DNA of 63,732 nt, counting the filler, from an uncultured Clostridia bacterium (GTDB lineage Bacteria; Aerophobota; Aerophobia; Aerophobales; B3-G15), in assembly GCA_964482715.1 (NCBI GenBank). It is 3 parts of 3 records of this genome, joined end to end, with 100 filler letters (N's around TTAATTAATTAA, not from the genome) between each part and the next. Parts side by side here need not be neighbours in the genome. Positions count along the whole stretch, not along the records: positions 50,781 to 63,732 come from CAYZYX010000040.1; 2 more parts are not named here. One strand, 5' to 3'. The translations under genes and the position numbers were made by a program. Below are positions 59,512 to 63,732 of the stretch, piece by piece. The stretch's first letter is position 1; each line of letters begins with the position of its first letter. The notes below the pieces were generated by a model. It saw nothing but the letters and a program-made list of their open reading frames with translations, made no database searches and was not told the origin of the DNA.

Positions 59512-60543
59512 TCACCTGTTTTCTATCTCAGGAGTGGCCCAGCTTTCCTCATCAAAGTAAAGCTCCCGCTGGGAGACCAAGGTGGGGAACTGGGGCTTTC
59601 TTATCTTGTCAACAGCCTCAATTCTAACCAGGGAAGATCTGTACCAGTCAACTTCTGGCAACTCGACCCGGGGTATTTCTCTCAGGAGCCTGTAACTTTG
59701 ATAAAATCTCTGCCATTTGTTTTCTTCTTCGGGATAAAAACTAAAGTCTCTCCAGATATCGGTAATAACCAGATTACAATTTAGAAGGAACTTCTCAATC
59801 TCATACCATTTTCCTGATGAGGCTTCCAGATGAGTCAGTCCAAAATAGCCACTACAGCCTCTCCCTTTAAGACTCTGAATACACCTTCCCAGGAAAAATT
59901 TTATCCCTTTCCAGGTTTCAACAGGATCGGTGACAAAAGTATCGTAATTCCCCTTTAAACTGGAGGGTAGCTCATTTACCACGTTGTATTGCAAAACCTC
60001 AATTTCCTTGCAGCCAAGCTTCTTGGCAGTCTCTTTTATAAAGTCAACAATTCTCTCATCGATCTCCACCACAGTTATGTGTTCAGCCAGATTCATAAGT
60101 GCCAGCGCCAAAGTTAAAAGATCATCATCTCCCAGAATGAAGACCCTCTTATCCTCCAGGTCTCCTCTTTCATAGATAAACACAGCTCTTTTTAAAGTAT
60201 CTTCCCATCTCATGAAACCCTGGTCGTAGTCTTCCCGGGGAGGAGGTCTTTTCTCCACCAGCTCTCGAAATCTAACCTTTATATTTATGAAATCCTTATT
60301 GAGATCAATCCCCTGACCACACGCATCACACACCCAATCAAAATGTACGTGGGGTATTTCAGTCAGACTTTCCTTAATTAACTTAAAAAAAGTACCCTCC
60401 CTTTTTATTATCTTCTCCCTCTCCAGCTTTTTCAGCTCTTCTACAAACTCTTTAATTGAAGAATCCTGGTGTCTGATGAGTTGCCAGAGGGTTTTAGACC
60501 CGCTGATGAGCTGTCTCAATATCTGATTTTTTGTGCGATCCAT
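59512..60543 (-). CDS. bpsA: Branched-chain polyamine synthase (N4-bis(aminopropyl)spermidine synthase, DUF43)
   Basis: N-terminal wHTH + CDAC, YDQGF, ERGDLE, LGDDDL, EIDERI, FVTDPVET, GYFGLTH.EAS, C-terminal ATPE. Directly downstream of speD. Confidence 0.88.
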   Translation of the reverse strand: MDRTKNQILRQLISGSKTLWQLIRHQDSSIKEFVEELKKLEREKIIKREGTFFKLIKESLTEIPHVHFDWVCDACGQGIDLNKDFINIKVRFRELVEKRPPPREDYDQGFMRWEDTLKRAVFIYERGDLEDKRVFILGDDDLLTLALALMNLAEHITVVEIDERIVDFIKETAKKLGCKEIEVLQYNVVNELPSSLKGNYDTFVTDPVETWKGIKFFLGRCIQSLKGRGCSGYFGLTHLEASSGKWYEIEKFLLNCNLVITDIWRDFSFYPEEENKWQRFYQSYRLLREIPRVELPEVDWYRSSLVRIEAVDKIRKPQFPTLVSQRELYFDEESWATPEIENR

Positions 60544-60901
60544 CTTCCACTTTTCCCCGGGTAAAAATATTGGTGGAAACCTTTCTGGGTTTAAAAAAAT
60601 CTATTATTCTCTTGTGAGCAGAAAATGAGCCGTCAGGAGGTCCGCAACTGTAAACATCCAGCGAGACATATCCATGCTCCGGCCAGGTATGGACCGCCAG
60701 ATGAGACTCCGAAAGCAAAACAACCCCTGTTACTCCGTACGGTTTAAACTGGTGAAAATAAGATTTTATTTTATTTAATCCTGATTCACGTATAGTAGTT
60801 TCTATCATTTCTTCAATCTCTTCCCTCTTCATAAGTTTCTGAGGGTTACATCCGTAAAGATCGGAAACTATATGGACTCCAAAGTTATCACGTCTTCTCA
60901 T
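60494..60901 (-). CDS. speD: S-adenosylmethionine decarboxylase proenzyme
   Basis: GVHIVSDLYGC, HQFKPYGVTGVVLLSESHLAVHTWPE (E|S self-cleavage site), DVYSCG. ATG at 60901 follows AAGGAGG. Confidence 0.93.
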   Translation of the reverse strand: MRRRDNFGVHIVSDLYGCNPQKLMKREEIEEMIETTIRESGLNKIKSYFHQFKPYGVTGVVLLSESHLAVHTWPEHGYVSLDVYSCGPPDGSFSAHKRIIDFFKPRKVSTNIFTRGKVEDGSHKKSDIETAHQRV

Positions 60902-60933
60902 TTTCCCCTCCTTACCCAGAGTATTTATGAAAA

Positions 60934-61497
60934 TCACACTTTTTTGACTTCTTCCACTTTCTTTTCTTGGAGCTCATCTATAACTTTTACATACTCATCG
61001 GTAAGAGATTGGATCTCCTTCTCTGCACGTCTTTTTTCGTCCTCCGATATTTCTTTATTTTCCTCCAGTTCCTCTATTTTTTCCCTGGCTTCACGGCGAA
61101 TATTGCGAATAGTTACCTTAGCCTCCTCAGCCCATTGCCTTATCAATCTGGCAATTTCTTCTCTTCGTTCTTCGGTAAGAGGAGGAAGAGAGATACGTAT
61201 TAAATTACCATCATCACTCGGATTCACCCCCAGATCAGAGGCTAATAGAGCTTTTTTAATATTCTCTATGATAGATTTGTCCCAGGGTTCTACAACTATG
61301 GTACGGGCATCAGGTGTAGAAATTGTAGCAAGATGAGCCAGGGGCATCTTCGAACCATAACACTCCACCCTGATTCCGCTTACCATATCTGGAGTTGCCC
61401 GGCCACCTCGCATGGTGGAGTATCTCTTAGCCAGAGCCTCCTTAGATTGCTCCATCTTTTTTCTGGTGGCTTCAATTATTTTTTTTATGGGTGTCAT
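60934..61497 (-). CDS. frr: Ribosome recycling factor
   Basis: R.GRA, YG..MPL, PWDKS, PPLTEERR, IRNIRR. Confidence 0.97.
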   Translation of the reverse strand: MTPIKKIIEATRKKMEQSKEALAKRYSTMRGGRATPDMVSGIRVECYGSKMPLAHLATISTPDARTIVVEPWDKSIIENIKKALLASDLGVNPSDDGNLIRISLPPLTEERREEIARLIRQWAEEAKVTIRNIRREAREKIEELEENKEISEDEKRRAEKEIQSLTDEYVKVIDELQEKKVEEVKKV

Positions 61498-61518
61498 TTT
61501 TTTCCTCCTGGAGACTCT

Positions 61519-62849
<1,331 letters not shown>

Positions 62850-62851
62850 AA

Positions 62852-63732
62852 TTACGAACCCTCCTTAGTAGATTTTTGATCGGTCTCTTTTTGAGATTGT
62901 TCATGGTTAGAGTCGGCATTATTGCCAACATTTGACTCTAACAGCACCTCTTCTGGTTTTTCTTCCTCTGGTTTTTTTTCTTCCTCTACTTTCTCACTTA
63001 CAGCTAAAGACTTTTGCGCGGCTGATTCTTCTGCTGCTACCTTTTCCTCCAGGAGTTTTTTCTTCTCGAAGATTTCCCTCCCCTCTATCACAGCATCAGC
63101 TATTTTACTGGTAATCAATTTGATACTTTTAATAGCGTCATCATTGGCAGGTATAGGATAATCAACAAGAGTAGGATCCACGTTGGAATCGATGATGGCT
63201 ACCACAGGGATGCCTATCTTTTTTGCTTCCTTAACAGCTATATTTTCCACTCTAACATCAACAACGTATAGAGCATGTGGTAGTCCATCCATATTTTTAA
63301 CTCCACCCAAATTCTTTCTCAGTTTTTCCAGCTCTTTCCTCAATTTTGTTTCCTCTTTCTTGGGCAGTCTCTCCCATAAGCCTTCCTTTTCTTCTCTTTC
63401 TAAATGAGAGAGTCTTTCAATTCTCTTTTTAAGGGTGGAAAAATTAGTTAAAAATCCCCCCAACCACCGGCTATTTACGTACGCTGAACCACATCTATCC
63501 GCTTCTTCTTCAATACATTTTTTGGCCTGTTGTTTGGTTCCCACAAAGAGTATCTGTTTTCCTTCCGCAGCAAGATCTCTGACAAAGTTGTAGGCTTCCT
63601 CCAGTAATTTAACCGTCCTGGTTAAATCTATAATATGCATACGATTACGCTCCTGGTAGATATAAGGCTTCATTTTGGGATTCCAGGCACTCTTTCTATG
63701 ACCAAAATGAGCTCCTGCTTCTAAAAGTTCCT
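62852..63732 (-). CDS. rpsB: 30S ribosomal protein S2 (5' end beyond the window)
   Basis: Frame open to the window end ([20 protein letters not shown]), [23 protein letters not shown]. Confidence 0.98.
   Translation of the reverse strand, partial: ELLEAGAHFGHRKSAWNPKMKPYIYQERNRMHIIDLTRTVKLLEEAYNFVRDLAAEGKQILFVGTKQQAKKCIEEEADRCGSAYVNSRWLGGFLTNFSTLKKRIERLSHLEREEKEGLWERLPKKEETKLRKELEKLRKNLGGVKNMDGLPHALYVVDVRVENIAVKEAKKIGIPVVAIIDSNVDPTLVDYPIPANDDAIKSIKLITSKIADAVIEGREIFEKKKLLEEKVAAEESAAQKSLAVSEKVEEEKKPEEEKPEEVLLESNVGNNADSNHEQSQKETDQKSTKEGS

Overview
The window is bacterial DNA of roughly 40% GC (by eye), probably a metagenome-assembled genome. It consists of three contigs (1-25672, 25773-50680, 50781-63732) joined by artificial 100-nt N/TTAATTAATTAA/N spacers, so gene adjacency across the spacers is not real evidence. 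The gene content points to an anaerobic, probably thermophilic, diderm bacterium: LptE, NadX, a DUF39 homocysteine enzyme, rubredoxin, a hydrogenase protease, BpsA and several archaeal-type enzymes. Most of the window is housekeeping: fabD, gyrA, gyrB, accA, ctpA, nadXCA, mgtE, coaBC, apt, recJ, radC, tsaD, uvrD/pcrA, ftsH, purH, glyA, folC, ptsI, rarA, speD, frr, pyrH, tsf and rpsB. The most interesting signals are absent from the ORF track. (1) A c-di-GMP-I (GEMM) riboswitch with a complete terminator/antiterminator OFF switch controls an unusual GspK/PilX-like protein with HhH and lamin-tail domains. (2) Three copies of a 236-294 bp non-coding, highly structured MITE-like element have CTGA termini, target-site-like duplications and apparent compensatory changes. 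(3) An integron attC-like site lies at a contig end. (4) An ArsR regulator and a radical SAM gene form a module with three readable operator boxes. (5) A decaying rubrerythrin / rubredoxin / flavodiiron operon is present, along with a nitrilase pseudogene. (6) A class II aldolase has an altered HLDH active-site motif. All family assignments come from motif recognition by eye; no database searches were run.
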